A program made the translations under genes and the position numbers. A stretch of DNA of 64,000 nt from Octopus sinensis. Its lineage: Eukaryota. Every line of letters starts with the position of its first letter. The stretch's first letter is position 1. Below the pieces are notes generated by a model that saw only the letters and a program-made list of their open reading frames with translations, did no database searches and had not been told where the DNA came from. Below, piece by piece: positions 12,709 through 25,800 of this stretch. The stretch is taken from positions 187,116,001 through 187,180,000 of the forward strand of contig NC_042997.1 in assembly GCF_006345805.1 (NCBI RefSeq), read 5' to 3'.

Positions 12709-13197
12709 GCGCAGGAGTGGCTGTGTGGTAAGTAGCTTGCTTACGAACCACATGGTTCTGGGTTCAGTCCCACTGCATGGCACCTTCAGCAAGTGTCTTC
12801 TACAGCTTTGAGCCGACCAAAGCCTTGTGAGTGGATTTGCTTGACGGAAACTGAAACATATGGAGGCGCAATGGCCTAGTGGTTAGGGCAGCGGACTTGC
12901 GGTCGGAGGATCGCGGTTTCGATTCCCAGACCGGGCGTTGTGTGTGTTTATTGAGCGAAAACACCTAAAAGCTCCACGAGGCTCCGGCAGGAGGTGGTGA
13001 TCCCTGCTGTACTCTTTCACCACTCTAAAAGGCGGTGCTCCAGCATGGCCGCAGTCAAATGACTGAAACAAGTACAGAAAAAAAAAAATATATATATATG
13101 TTTGTGTCTGTGTGTCCCCCCCAACATCGCTTGACAACCGATGCTGGTGTGTTTACATCCCCATAACTTAGCGGTTCGGCAAAAGAGACTGATAGAT
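12709..13197 (+). mobile_element. Nested cluster of tRNA-headed SINEs (GGCTGTGTGG-type head; GGAGGCGCAATGG-type SINE at 12862-13025; tail fragments)
   Basis: A-box and B-box-like motifs (TGGCCTAGTGG, GGTTTCGATTCCC); multiple related copies in the window. Confidence 0.8.
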
Positions 13198-13199
13198 AC

Positions 13200-13462
13200 G
13201 AAAAACTTGACAGAAACCTAAATCTGAAAATGAATTGTTTCGATTGTTGCGTGAAAAGTGGGCAGAAATTCCACAAAAGACAATCACAAAGCTCATCAGT
13301 TCAATGCCAAAAAGAGTTACTGAATTAAAAACTGCAAATGGAATGTCAACTAAATACTAAGATATGTAGTTCCACCTATCAATTACATTTCAATTGTTCG
13401 CTTTGCATATTAAATAAAAGATTTTGAAAATTAAAGGTGTCTATTTACTTCTTTCATGTCTG
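13200..13462 (+). mobile_element. Tc1-like transposon 3' end
   Basis: ENELFRLLREKWAEIPQKTITKLISSMPKRVTELKTANGMSTKY* followed by a TIR-like end (...TCATGTCTG). Confidence 0.8.
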
Positions 13463-13969
13463 CGTATATATTATGTCTGAATTTAAATCCTATTGTCAAT
13501 CTTTACTTTTTCTTTCTTGAGAATTGACACAATAAGTACCAGTAATATATTACTGTTGATTATACACCCTTTCTCTGATGAATTTATGACGTACCAACAT
13601 AAAAACTTTGTCTTTCATCCTTTTGTATGTGTGTGTATGGGCAAATGGGGTGTGTGTGATAAGAAAATGTACCAATCTATCACTGAGGGCTGAAGGAATA
13701 TAAGAACATTAGACCTGATGCCTTGTGGTATTTGGATGGATGACTTAATATATCACTTGGTTTAACCCTTTAGTGTTTAGATTATTCTGTCAGGTGTAAG
13801 GCCTATTTATTCACAATGTTTTGAATTAATCATATATTATCTCTTACGAAGGAGTGTTGGGCTCACAATCATGAGGTAGTGATTTCGATTCTCGGACTGA
13901 GCTGTGTTGTGTTCTTGAGCAAGACACTTTATGTCATGTTGCTCCAGTTCACTCAGTTCCTCATCATCA

Positions 13970-14350
13970 TCATCATCATCATCATCAGTTAACATCTGCT
14001 TTCCATGCTGGCATGGGTTGGACGGTTTGACTGGGGACTGGCAAGCCAAGAGGCTACACCAGACTGGCAAGGTTTCTACAGCTGGATGCCCTTCCTAATG
14101 TCAACCACTTTGAGAGTACAGTGGGTGCTTTTACGTGCCACTGGCACAGGGGCCAGTCAGAAAGCACTAGCATTGACCATGCTCGAATGGAGCTTTTTAC
14201 GTGCCACCGGCATGCGAGCCAATCAGGCAGCACTGGCATTGACTACACCCAAATGGTGCATTTTACGTGCCACCAGCATAGGGTGCCAGTCTGGTGGCAC
14301 TAGCATCAGTCACATCAATGATTTCCCTTGACTCAACAGGTCTTCTCAAG
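13970..14350 (-). mobile_element. RTE 3' UTR-derived short element
   Basis: Same tail consensus. Confidence 0.85.
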
Positions 14351-14638
14351 CAACAGTTAAGTAATTGAATAACTCCTTTTCTTAAATTTCTGGTTATGCA
14401 TCTACATTAGGAATATTTTTATCAAAATCAAACAACCATAGGTTGCCGGCATGGCTGTGAGGTTTAGAATCTTGTTTTGAAACCATGTGGTTTTGAGTTC
14501 AGTCCCACAGTGGGCAACTTGGGAAAATGTCATTAAATATAGCTCTGGGCTAATGAATGCCTTGTAAGAAAATTTTGGAGATAGAAACTATGTGGAAGCC
14601 TTTTGTGTGTGTGCATGCAAATATGTATATGTATGTGT

Positions 14639-15110
14639 GGAGGCACGTGGCTTAGTTGTTAGGGTGTCAGCATGATGATCGTAAGATTGTGGTTTCGATT
14701 CCTGGACCGGGCGACACGTTGTGTTCTTGAGCAAAACACTTCATTTCATGTTGCTCCAGTCCACTCAGCTGGCAAAAATGAATAATGCTGCAATGGACTG
14801 GCGTCCCATCCAGCTGGGGAACACATATGCCATTGAAACTGGGAAACTGGGCCCATGAGCCTGACTAGGCTTTAAAAGGGTGCAAGTGGAGGCATGTGGT
14901 TTAGTGGTTAGGTTGTCAGCATCATGATTGTAAGATTGTGGTTTCGATTCCTGGACCAGACGACACTTTGTGTTCTTGAGCAAAACACTTCATTTCATGT
15001 TGCTCCAGTCCACTCAGCTGGCAAAAATGAGTAACGCTGCAATGGACTGGCGTCCCGTACAGCTGGGGAATGCATACACCATAGAAATCGGGAAACCTTT
15101 AAAAGGGCGT
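14639..15110 (+). mobile_element. Two tandem tRNA-headed SINEs (GGAGGCACGTGG family); relatives at ~17808-18045, 20075-20450, 34262-34575, 35155-35420 and 46480-46820
   Basis: Shared head and GTGTTCTTGAGCAAAACACTT...CCAGTCCACTCAGCTGG central domain. Confidence 0.8.
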
Positions 15111-15439
15111 ATTTATTTATTAATTTATTATGTGTATATGTGTTCATGTTTGTTGTCCACCACCATTTGACAGCTGGTGTTAGTTTGTTCATGCTTCCCG
15201 TAACTTAGCAGTTTGGCAAAGGAGACCAATAGAATAAGTACCAGAGTTTAAAAAATAAAAGTACAGGGGATGATTAATTCGACAAACAAAAAAAAAACAA
15301 AAAAAAAACGAATTGAAGGTGGTGCCCCAGCATGGCCGCTGTCCAATGACTGAAACAAGTAAAAGATAAAAGAATAGAAAATTAGTATTTTTTTTGTTTT
15401 TTCTTTATCAATTCTTTCTCCTTCCATATGTTTCTTCAG

Positions 15440-15463
15440 CCAATATCCAGAACAATAAGAATG
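15440..15463 (+). CDS. Candidate 24 nt micro-exon
   Basis: ~50 nt pyrimidine-rich tract ending tttcttcag, donor ATG|gtaatt; two open frames (PISRTIRM or NIQNNKN). Confidence 0.25.
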
Positions 15464-15619
15464 GTAATTATTAAACTGTAAAATTCTTTCAATCAATGCT
15501 GCATTGTCAATGGTTAGACAACTGGCAAGTTGTGTGTTTACACACCTGGCAAAGGGGAAGAGAAAAGAGAAGGTATAAATTATACCGATTGATCTTAGAA
15601 TTAACGACATCGGCTGTGG

Positions 15620-16074
15620 CTGCTGTGATGGTGGTGTTGGTGATACTAAAGCTTGTACTAGTGGTAATGTTGGCAGCAGTGTTGGATGCAGTGATAATAG
15701 TAGTAGTAGTAGTGGTGGTGGTAGTGGTGGTGGTGGTGGTGGTGGTGGTGGTGGTAGTGGTTATGAAGGCAGTAATGCTTGAAGTTATGGTGGTCATAGT
15801 AGAAGCTGTAGTGATTGCGGTGGAGTCGATAGTGATGGTAGTAATGGTTGCAGTGGTTGTGGTGGTTGCAGTGATAGTAGCAGAGGTAGTAGTGATATTA
15901 CAGTAGTAGTTGTTGGTCATAGTGGTTGTATTAGATGTAGTACTGGAGGTAGCTGGACTAATGGCGGTAGAGCTTAACAATGATGGTGGTAGTGTTTGCA
16001 GTTTAAGTGGTGACAGTAGTAGTAGTAGTAGTGGTGGTGGTGGTGGTGGTGGTGGTGTGGTGGTGGTGGTGGTG

Positions 16075-16115
<41 letters not shown>

Positions 16116-16510
16116 TGTGATGGTGGTAGTAGTGGTGGTGGTGGTGGTGGAGCTGCTGCTGGTGGTGGCAGTGGTGGTGGTGGTAGTAGTAGTAGTAGTA
16201 GCCATTGTGAAGATTATGGTGATAGTGGTAAGAGAAATAGTGATGATGGGGGTGAGGTAATGAAGATGGTGGTGATAATGGTAAGAGATATAATGATGGT
16301 GGTGATGGGAAAGGTGCTGCTGGTAATGGCTGCTATGGTGATGGTGGAAATGGTAGTAAGAGAGATAGTGTTGGATTTGTAAGTGGTAGTGTCTGCAACA
16401 ATGTGGTATCAGTAATTTGCAGTGATGGTAGGAATACCATTAGTTATGGTAGCTAACGATGGCAACCATGATGGTGATGGTGACAATGATCTGAGTGGTG
16501 ATGGTCATGG
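15620..16510. repeat. Compound (GGT/AGT/GAT)n trinucleotide low-complexity tract
   Basis: Direct inspection; accounts for the poly-V and poly-T ORFs. Confidence 0.95.
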
Positions 16511-16888
16511 CTTCAGTAAAAAGTGTTTTTGTTGGTCAATTACCTTGACTGACTGGTCAAAGTGTTGTTGGTTGTGTTTGGAAGAGAATTGACTGAGTCA
16601 ATTGAAACAATCTCAGTTTTACTTCTTAGTCAGGGAGGGAGGGGCAGCACCTGTGACCCTTTATTTCGTCAGAAATTTTGGGACTAGTGACAGGATGGGA
16701 AGAAGTTATTCCTCAAACTGAACACCTAGCCCGATTACATGCAACAGAGTGAATGCTGCTAATGACAACCAAATACCTGACAGTAATATTCAACTGGTCA
16801 ATGGATTAGTCTACCACCCACCCACCCAAGAATTCAAAGCACCAATGCCAAAACTAGTACCACAAGGTATCTTGTCTGAGATTCTAAC

Positions 16889-17126
16889 AATTCTTATTTC
16901 TTTATTGCCCACAAGGGGCTAAACATACAGGGGACAAACAAGGACAGACAAAGGGGATAAGTCGATTACATCGACCCCAGTACGTAACTGGTAATTAATT
17001 TATTGACTCTGAAAGGATGAAAGGCAAAGTCAACCTCGACGTAATTTGAACTCAGAACGTAACTGCAGACGAAATACTGCTAAGCATTTTGCCCGGCATG
17101 CTCACGTTTCTGCCAGCTCACCGCCT
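16889..17126 (-). mobile_element. tRNA-headed SINE (AGGCGGTGAGCTGGCAGAA family); relatives at ~21075-21500 (two copies), 28420-28570, 29085-29300, 34620-34830, 35810-36020, 54550-54745 and 57285-57495
   Basis: B-box GAGTTCAAAT and a conserved CTTTCATCCTTTC...AGTACCAG central domain. Confidence 0.8.
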
Positions 17127-17184
17127 AACAATTCTGCCAATCTAACAATTCGAACAATTCTGTCAATCTACAACCCTTGAGCTG

Positions 17185-17480
17185 CTTGCTTGCTCTTGCT
17201 TGCTCTTGCTTGATGGGGTTAGGGGTCATCCCAGATTAACGGTTCCAGAGACATCTTCAAGCATTTCTGATCAGATCCACTAGTGCTTTTCATCATTGGC
17301 AGTCTTGTGCCAGCATCTCTGCATCCTCTATGGTGATGTTGAGCCTCTGGAGATCTTTCCCAATCATATCCAGCCATCTGGTATGGGGCCTGCCATGGGA
17401 CCTCTTCCAGCTCACAGCTGCTGTGTCGAATGAGAGCAAAGCCCTGGTAGGATGATCTAAGAGGAGACAACCCTTGGGCA
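17185..17480 (-). mobile_element. 3' fragment of a different RTE-like LINE with a (GCAA/GAGCAA)n tail
   Basis: WKRSHGRPHTRWLDMIGKDLQRLNITIEDAEMLAQD matches the RTE C-terminal GRP..RW.D...D pattern. Confidence 0.7.
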
Positions 17481-19554
17481 ATACTTTATTTTGTTACTTC
17501 CAAAAGAGGTTGAAAGGTAATGTTGACCTAGGCATGCTGCACATTTTACCACCTCAGGAAGGATGAAAGAAAGGTAAAGTTGACATGATAATAAATCACT
17601 ACTGGAATGTGATGATTGGTACAGTTGTTTGGACACAGGTAATTTGACATTGTTGACTCGATATTTAACCTGATTTGGCAACAGCACATTTTGGTGCTGG
17701 AGACAAACACATATGCACGTATGAAAACACAGAGAGAGAGAGAGAGAGAGAGAGATAGAAAGAGTGAGACATTACAGTTGATTCATTGTACATGATGGAT
17801 GCACTTTGTGGAGGTGTGTGGCTTAGTGGTCAGGGTATTGGTCTCCTAATCTTAAGATTGTGGTTTCGATTCCTGCACTGGCAATACATTGTGTTCATGA
17901 GCAAAACTCTTCGTTTCACATTGCTGTGGTCCACTCAGCTGGCAAAAATGAGTAATCCTGCAACGGAACGGTGTCTTGTCCAAGTTGGGAATTTATACAC
18001 TATGAAAACAGGAAAATGGCCCTCAAGAGTCTGCATGACTTGAGAAAGTAACTTCACTGTTATTTCAGTGACATACTTCCTCTCTCCTTATACACATAAA
18101 ATGAAATATACTCACACCCATAAATAGAGAAATTGGGGAAGGGGAGGAAGACAGAGAGAGAGAGAGAGATACATTAAAATGTTTGATGTTAGATCAATCA
18201 ACATTGAATCAGTGATGACAAACAAGTGGCATCAAAACAGCTGTGCTGAAATGTCTCAAACCCTGTCCACTGCATGTAAAAGTGTGATATATTATACTCA
18301 CAAAAGTATACTATTATTTGACTTCTCAATAACAGCAATCAATGGTGCACATAGCAAAAAAAAAAAAAAATCGTTGGTTGAATACAAAATTACATTAAAA
18401 AAATTCACTCACCTGAATGGTGAAATAAAATATTTGAAGTGAAAAACCAATTGAGCATGAAAAGAGGAAAATGTTTTGTTGTTGCAGTTCTCAACTCTCA
18501 CAGTTCCTACTATTTACATTCACAATCACTCTGAAATATCAAGACTCATCTATGATATTCTAGAATGCTACTATAGATACAAGAGCTTTGCAAACATCCA
18601 GACACACGTATAACACCCTCAAAACACTAGCTACTACAACAATGCCCACAAAATGCTATTTCTCTTACTCAGTCCAGATAAATACATAAGCATGTGTGCA
18701 TGTATGTGCACGTGCATGCACGCACACACACATGAACCAGCAAAATATCAATAAATCAAACACTATCCTTGGCTGGTAAGTGGTGATGTACTGTCATAAT
18801 CTGGTAAAGTCTACCTTACCCATGTCTGCTGCAGTCACCATCAGAACCTACTGACATACACTGAAGCCAATGAAAGAATCCCTATGTAGTTGCTTGGCCT
18901 GGTAGAAACAGCAGTCAAATACCCCTCAATACAACTCATCAGATTTTTGATAATCTTGGATACCGCTAAAAAGACAAGGTGGTCATGGTTAGGATGGTTT
19001 TGTTCATAGGTCTACTCAATCATGGTTGATATGGTGCTAAACAGTAACAACTAACACACACACACAAAAATCATACTGGACAATAGATTATGGTGGTGGA
19101 AAAATCATTTCCTACTGCACGCTGTAATAATAAATCATCAAATATTGGAATTTACAGAGCAGTCAATCCCTCATGAGACAAAGGCATAATGAGTTTGGGA
19201 CAAAAGATCTGTGTATTGATCACATCTAGTTGCTTGACTGGCTTTGTAGTAAAGGCCTGCTTTATCAGAGTTGAGCTGGGGCTAAAAAAAAAATAAATAC
19301 AACAGCAACAATAAGGGTTTTTTAATTTCTGGTCCAAAGCTACACATTTTACTGGGTACATTTAGATGAATATTCAATACTTGATTGATATATTTTGGTG
19401 CTAAGTTTTCGATCAAATGTTCTGAACTGGGGTTCGTATGATTCTTGAAGGTCCACATAATTTTTTTTGTTAATTTATGTATAATAAATTCTACATTACA
19501 TCAAATACTTCTACAGTATACTAAATATTTAACAATTTTTTAAAATATAATTCT

Positions 19555-19945
19555 AGTGGCTGTGTGGTTAGTAGCTTGCTTACCAACCACATGGTTTTTG
19601 GTTCAATCCCACTGTATGGCACCTTGGAGAAGTGTCTTCTACTATAGCGGTGGGCTGACCAAAGCCTTGTGAGTGGATTTGGTAGATGGAAACTGAAAGA
19701 AGCCCGTCGTATATTATGTATGTGTGTGTATATGTTTGTGTGTCTGTGTTTGTCCCCCCAACATTGCTTGACAACCAATGCTGGTGTATCTATGTCCCCG
19801 TAACTTAGTGGTTTGGCAAAACAGACTGATAAAATAAGTACTAGGCTTACAAAGAATAAGTCTTGGGTCGATTTGCTTGTCTAAAGGCGGTGCTCCAGCA
19901 TGGCCACAGTCAAATGACTGAAACAAGTAAAAGAGTAAAAGAGTA
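19555..19945 (+). mobile_element. Bipartite tRNA-headed SINE (head, (TA/TG)n linker, tail ending GAAACAAGTAAAAGAG)
   Basis: The same architecture occurs at 50670-51025, 59380-59790 and 60915-61415 (plus) and 62225-62610 and 36620-37000 (minus). Isolated halves at 1-137, 643-786, 32280-32480, 44690-44870, 45510-45660, 52700-52900 and 53930-54050. Confidence 0.85.
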
Positions 19946-20609
19946 TAATATTTAATTATAAAAATATGATAGTTTTTAAACATCAAATGACTATGAGGGC
20001 ACATCTGAATAAAATAGGAATTAAAGGGGTCCCTGGGTAAAAATTGGTTGAGAACCATTGATTTAGATGAATTGGTCAGTTGTTAGAGCTTCAGACTCTC
20101 AATCATGAGGTACTGAGTTTGTTTCCTGGACCGGGCTGCGTGTTGTGTTCATGAGCAAGTCACTTTATTTCACATCACTCCAGTTCATTCAGCTGTAAAA
20201 ATGAGTTGTGATGTCACTGGTGCCAAGCTGTGTTGGCTTTTACCTTTCCCTTGGATAACATTGGTAGTGTGGAGAGGGGAGGCTGGTATGCTTGGGTGAC
20301 TGCTGGGTGATTGGTATGCTTGAGGGACTGCTGGTCTTCCATAAACAATCTTGCTCGGACTTGTGCCTTGGAGGGTAGCTTTCTTGGTGCAATCTCATGG
20401 TCATTCATGATTGAAGAGGGTTTTTGCCCTTGACTGGAATTTGTTTTCATCAGTTATGGAAGAATTATTTTATCAAACATAAAATGTCAGAAAAGTAAAA
20501 CTAAGATTTGGTGGAATTTAAAATCAGAATGCAGAGGATGTAACTGAACACCACCAAGCACTTTGTCCAGCACTAACAACTCTGTTAATACTCTAACCAT
20601 ACTGCTATC

Positions 20610-20612
20610 CAC

Positions 20613-20643
<31 letters not shown>

Positions 20644-21070
20644 GTCATTGTTTAACGTCCGCTTTCCATGCTGGCATGGGTTGGACAGTTTGACTGAGGA
20701 CTAGTGAACCAGAAGGCTGCACCAGGCTCCAATCTCATCTGGCAAAGTTTCTACAGCTGGATGCCCTTCCTAACGCCAACCACTCTGAGAGTGTCATGGG
20801 TGCTTTTACATGCCACCTGCATGGGACCCAGTCTGGTAGCACTGGCAATGACCACACTCGAATGTTGTTTTTCACGTGTTACCAGCACATGTACCAGTAA
20901 GGTGACACTGGCAATGATCACACTCGAATGGTGCTTTTTACATGCCACCAGCCTGAGAGCTAGTCAGCAGCCCTGGCAATGATCACACTCGGATGGTGCT
21001 TTTAACGTTCCACTGGCATAAGTGCCAATCAGGCGGTACTGTCATTGACCACATCAGCGATTTTGATTCT
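20610..21070 (-). mobile_element. RTE 3' UTR-derived short element
   Basis: Same tail consensus. Confidence 0.85.
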
Positions 21071-21554
21071 TAATAATAATCCTTTTTGCTATAGGCACAA
21101 GGTCTGAAATTGTCAGGGAGTGGGGCCAGTCAATTACAACAATTCCAGTTTTGAACTGATACCTGTTTTATTGACCCCAAGAAGGATGAAAGGTAAAGTC
21201 ACTTTTGATTGAATTTGTACTCAAAACATAAAGACCTACAAAATACAGCTAAGCATTTGTCTGGTTTGCTAATGATTCTGCAAGCTTGTTGCCTTAATAA
21301 TAATCATTTCAAATTTTGGCTCAAGGCTAGCAATTTTGGGGAGGGGTTCAGTTGACTGCATTGAGCCCAGCACTTAACTAGTACTTATTTTTTGACCCTG
21401 AAAAGATGAAGGGCAAAGTCGACCTCAGTGGAATTTGAACTCAAAATGTGTAGATGGACAAAATGCTGCTAATGATTCTTCTAGTTCACTGCCTTCTTAA
21501 TGATGATGATGATGGTGGTGGTGGTGAAGAAGAAGAAGAAGAAGAAGAGTGAAG

Positions 21555-21995
21555 GTTTCATATTAGCTGCTCAAGAACAAAGTTTATTAACCCGGAACTA
21601 CCAAGCCAATGTGATAAAAAATGGAGCTGACCCAAAATGCTGATTTTGTAATGATGAGATCGAAACTATAAACCACCAAATCTCAGGGTGTAGAGTCTTA
21701 GCACCTGTAGAATATAAAACAAGACATGACAGAGTCAGCCAGTGTTTACACTGGACAATATGTCATCAGCGTTATTTACTTTTTACATTAATTTTAATTT
21801 TATTTTGATTACATGATTACAACAAAATCTGTTTCAACACATGATTTCACATCAAAAATCTTGCAAAACAAATATATAAACGTAATAATATGTCATCATT
21901 ATTAAATCAAAACCACTGACAAATGGTATAAACACCATCCTGAAGCTGTGACTGAGGGAGAAAATGTGTCGATTCTATGGGACTTCCCCGTACAT
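21555..21995 (+). mobile_element. Decayed RLE-type (R4/Dong-like) non-LTR retrotransposon, left part
   Basis: Translates to AAQEQSLLTRNY...KC*FCNDEIETINHQISGC (CCHC knuckle)...RHDRV...WYKHHPEAVTEGENVSILWDFPVH. Confidence 0.85.
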
Positions 21996-22819
21996 CATCA
22001 TCATCATCGTCGTTTAACGTCCGTTCTCCATGCTAGCATGGGTTGGACGGTTCGACCGGGGTTCTGGGAAGCGAGAAGGCTGCACCAGCCTCCAGTCTAA
22101 TTTGGCAATGTTTCTACAGCTGGATGCCCTTCCTAACGCCAACCACTCCGTGAGTGTAGTGGGTGCTTTTTACGTGCCACCTGCACAGGTGCCAGGCGGG
22201 GCTGGCAACGGCCACGGTCAGATTGGTGTATTTTATGTGCCACCGGCACGGAAGCCAGTCGAGGCGGTGCTGGCATCGGCCACGAGTCGGATAGTGCTTT
22301 TTACGTACCACCAGACCAGGGATCCTGGCTGGTTCAATTCGATTTCGATTTCGCTTGCCCCAACATGTCTTCACAAGCAAAGGGGGTTGGCAAGGGTGCC
22401 TGTCGTACGGTCGCATTGGAGTATTTTACGTGCCACGGCCACGAGTCGGATAGTGCTTTTTACGTACCACCAGACCAGGGATCCTGGCTGGTTCAATTCG
22501 ATTTCGATTTCGCTTGCCCCAACATGTCTTCACAAGCAAAGGGGGTTGGCATGGGTGCCTGTCGTACGGTCGCATTGGGGTATTTTACGTGCCACGGCCC
22601 CGAGTCGGATAGTGCTTTTTACGTACCACCAGGCCAGGGATCCTGGCTGGTTCAATTCGGTTTCGATTTCGATTTCGATTTCGCTTGCCCCAACATGTCT
22701 TCGCAAGCATGGGGGGTTGGGATGGGTGTCTGTCGTCGGATGAGGTTCTATATCGACTTCGCTTGCCTCAACCGGTCTTTGTGTCCAAGGGAGGAAAGGC
22801 ATTCATAAGTGGGCTGGGC

Positions 22820-25800
22820 TCACTTGTCCTGCCTGGTCTTCTCACGTACAGAATATTTCCAAAGGTCTCGGTCTCTGGTCATTTCCTCAGTGAGGCCTAA
22901 AGTTCGAAGGTCGTGCTTCACCACCTCGTTCCAGGTTTTCCTGGGTCTACCTCTTCCACGGGTTCCCTCAACTGCTAGGGATTGGCACTTTCTCACACAC
23001 CTATCTTCATCCATTCTCGCCACATGACCATACCAGCGCAATCGTCTCTCTTGCACACCACAACTGATGCTTCTTAGGTACAACATTTCTCTCAAGGTGC
23101 TAACGCTCTGTCGAGTATGTACACTGACATTACACATCCATCGGAGCATACTGGCTTCATTCCTCACGAGCTTACGCATGTCCTCAGCAGTCACAGCCCA
23201 TGTTTCGCTGCCATGTAGCATGGCTGTTCGTACACACGCATCATACAGTCTGCCTTTTACTCTGAGCGAGAGGCCTTTAGTCACCAGCAGAGGTAAGAGC
23301 TCCCTAAACTTTGCCCAGGCTATTCTTATTCTAGCAGTTACACTTTCAGCGCACCCACCCCCACTACTGACTTGGTCACCTAGATAACGGAAGCTATCAA
23401 CTACTTCTAGTTTTTCCCCCTGGAAAGTGACGGAAGTTGTTTTCTGCAGATTTTCGGAGGTTAATGCTCCCGAGCATCTGCCACATACAAAAACTATCTT
23501 CCCAGTTAGCCTACCTTTGACATTGCTGCACCTCTTATGTGTCCATAGCTTACACTGGGTACATCTTATAGAGTTTCTACCTACACCTTTTCTACAGATC
23601 GAGCAGGGCCATCTTCCTGAAGATATTTGTGGATTGTCTACCTTTCTACTTATTAGTACTTTGGTTTTAGCTAGGTTGACTCTAAGGCCCCTTGATTCTA
23701 AACCCTCCTTCCACACCTGGAACTTCTCCTCCAGTTCTGATAGTGACTCAGCAATAAGAGCAAGGTCGTCAGCGTAGAGGAGCTCCCAGGGACAGCCTGT
23801 CTTGAATTCCTCCGTAATTGCCTGGAGTACTATGATAAATAGGAGGGGGCTGAGTACTGAACCCTGGTGGACCCCAACCTCTACTTTGAATTCTTCTGTG
23901 TACATGTTGCCAACCCTAACCTTACTTACGGCATCTCTGTACATGGCTTGCACAGTCCTCACCAGCCATTCATCTATCCCTAGTTTCCTCATTGACCACC
24001 AGATAAGGGATCGGGGGACCCTATCAAAAGCTTTCTCCATGTCAACGAAAGCCAGGTACAGGGGCTTATCTTTGGCTAGGTATTTCTCCTGCAGCTGCCT
24101 TACCAGGAATATAGCATCAGTGGTACTTTTTCCTGGCACGAACCCAAACTGCATCTCATCTAAACTAACTCTCTCTCTAATTAGTTGGGCTATGACCCTC
24201 TCCGTAACCTTCATTACTTGATCCAACAGCTTGATACCTCTGTAATTATTTGTATCTAGGGCATCACCTTTACCTTTGTAGCAGTTGACTAGTATGCTGC
24301 TGCACCAGTCATTGGGTATGACTCCTTCGTGTATCACCTGGTTGACTATACGGGTGACTAGGTTATAGCCGACACTGCCAGATATTTTGAGCATCTCTGC
24401 AGTAATTCCTGATGGGCCTGGGGCTTTCCCTGTCTTCATGCTTCTAATTGCCTTAGCTACCACGGAACTATCAACTCGGATAGCTGGTCCCTCTGTAGGG
24501 TCAACATTCGGCAGACTCTCTTTATCCCATTCATTTTCCTCATTCAGTAACCTTTCATAGTGGCGTCTCCAAGCTTCTCTCTTTGCATCCTCATTTAGCG
24601 CAAGTGAACCATCCTCCATGCGAACACATTTCTCTCCTACCACATCACGATTCTCTCTCACACACTGTCTTGCAACACGAAATACCTCAAGTCTTTCATC
24701 CTCACGGCGCAGGACATTGGCAAATTTTCTCTTATCTGCTTCCCCTCTGGCTAGATAGACCTGTCTCCTAGCTTCCCTTCTGGCAGTCTGATACCCTTCC
24801 CTGCTACCACCGTTCTTCCAAGCCTTCCAAGCCTGTTTCTTTTGTCTAATAGCCCTGTCAACAATATTGTTCCACCACCACGTTATTTTGGGTCTTAAGG
24901 GGACTTTGCACCAGCCACAGATCTGGTCAGCGGCTTTCAGCAGGTTGTCCCTCAGAAACGTCCAGTTGTCTTCTACCCCATGTGTAGCTATACCCACTTC
25001 CACTTCGTCAAAGGCTTCAAGTAACATATCTCTAAATCTCTGTCCATTCGCAGGGGCTTTAAGCTTCCAGACCCTTCTTCTCCATGTTGGTCGTCTTCTA
25101 GTCGCCCTCTTAGTCCTGATCCTAAAGTCACTAACTACCAGTCTATGTTGTGGGGTGCATTCTTCGCCTGGGAAGGTTTTGGCATTTTTAAGCAGCCATC
25201 TTTCCCTTTTTCTGGCAAGGATGTAGTCGATTTGGCTAGTATGCCGGCCCGATCGGTAGGTGACCAGGTGGCTTGTTGGTTTCCTGAAGTTAGTGTTGCA
25301 GACCATAAGACTATTCGCATCGCAGAACTCCAGCAGCCTGGTTCCCTCCTCGTTGCGGGAACCATAACCGTAGCCTCCATGTACGCCATGGAAGCCCCCA
25401 GCATGTCGTCCAACATGCCCATTGAAATCACCAGCCACAAAGAGAAGGTCCCTGTCGTTCGTCGATGAGGTGGTCTGCAGTAGGGTGTCATAGAAACTGT
25501 CTTTCTGTCCATCGGGTAGCCCTGGCTGAGGGGCATAGGCCGATATAATGGTTGCTAATCTATTATGAAGCACTATTCTAATCTTAAGTATTCTGTCACT
25601 TACTCTGATTACCTCAATTACTCTATCTATCCATTTCTCAGCGATAATTATACCCACGCCACCAACCCCGTCAGTGTTCCCTGCCCAGAAAATCTTGTAC
25701 CTGTGTCCCTTGCCTGTGAGGACCCTAGCAGATCCCCCTCTCCACCTTATTTCTTGCATACAACATACATCAACACGTCTCCGTTCAAGCATCTCGACTA

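Noticed and set aside
12862-12940. tRNA gene
   Set aside because: A and B boxes are present but there is no acceptor stem closure. It continues into a SINE body repeated at 34262 and elsewhere.
15496-16260. Mucin-like poly-T and poly-V ORFs up to 232 aa
   Set aside because: Microsatellite artefact with no splice or domain support.
22030-22808. 237 aa and 147 aa ORFs on the plus strand
   Set aside because: Antisense reading of the repetitive RTE 3' UTR. Similar short ORFs recur in every tail element.
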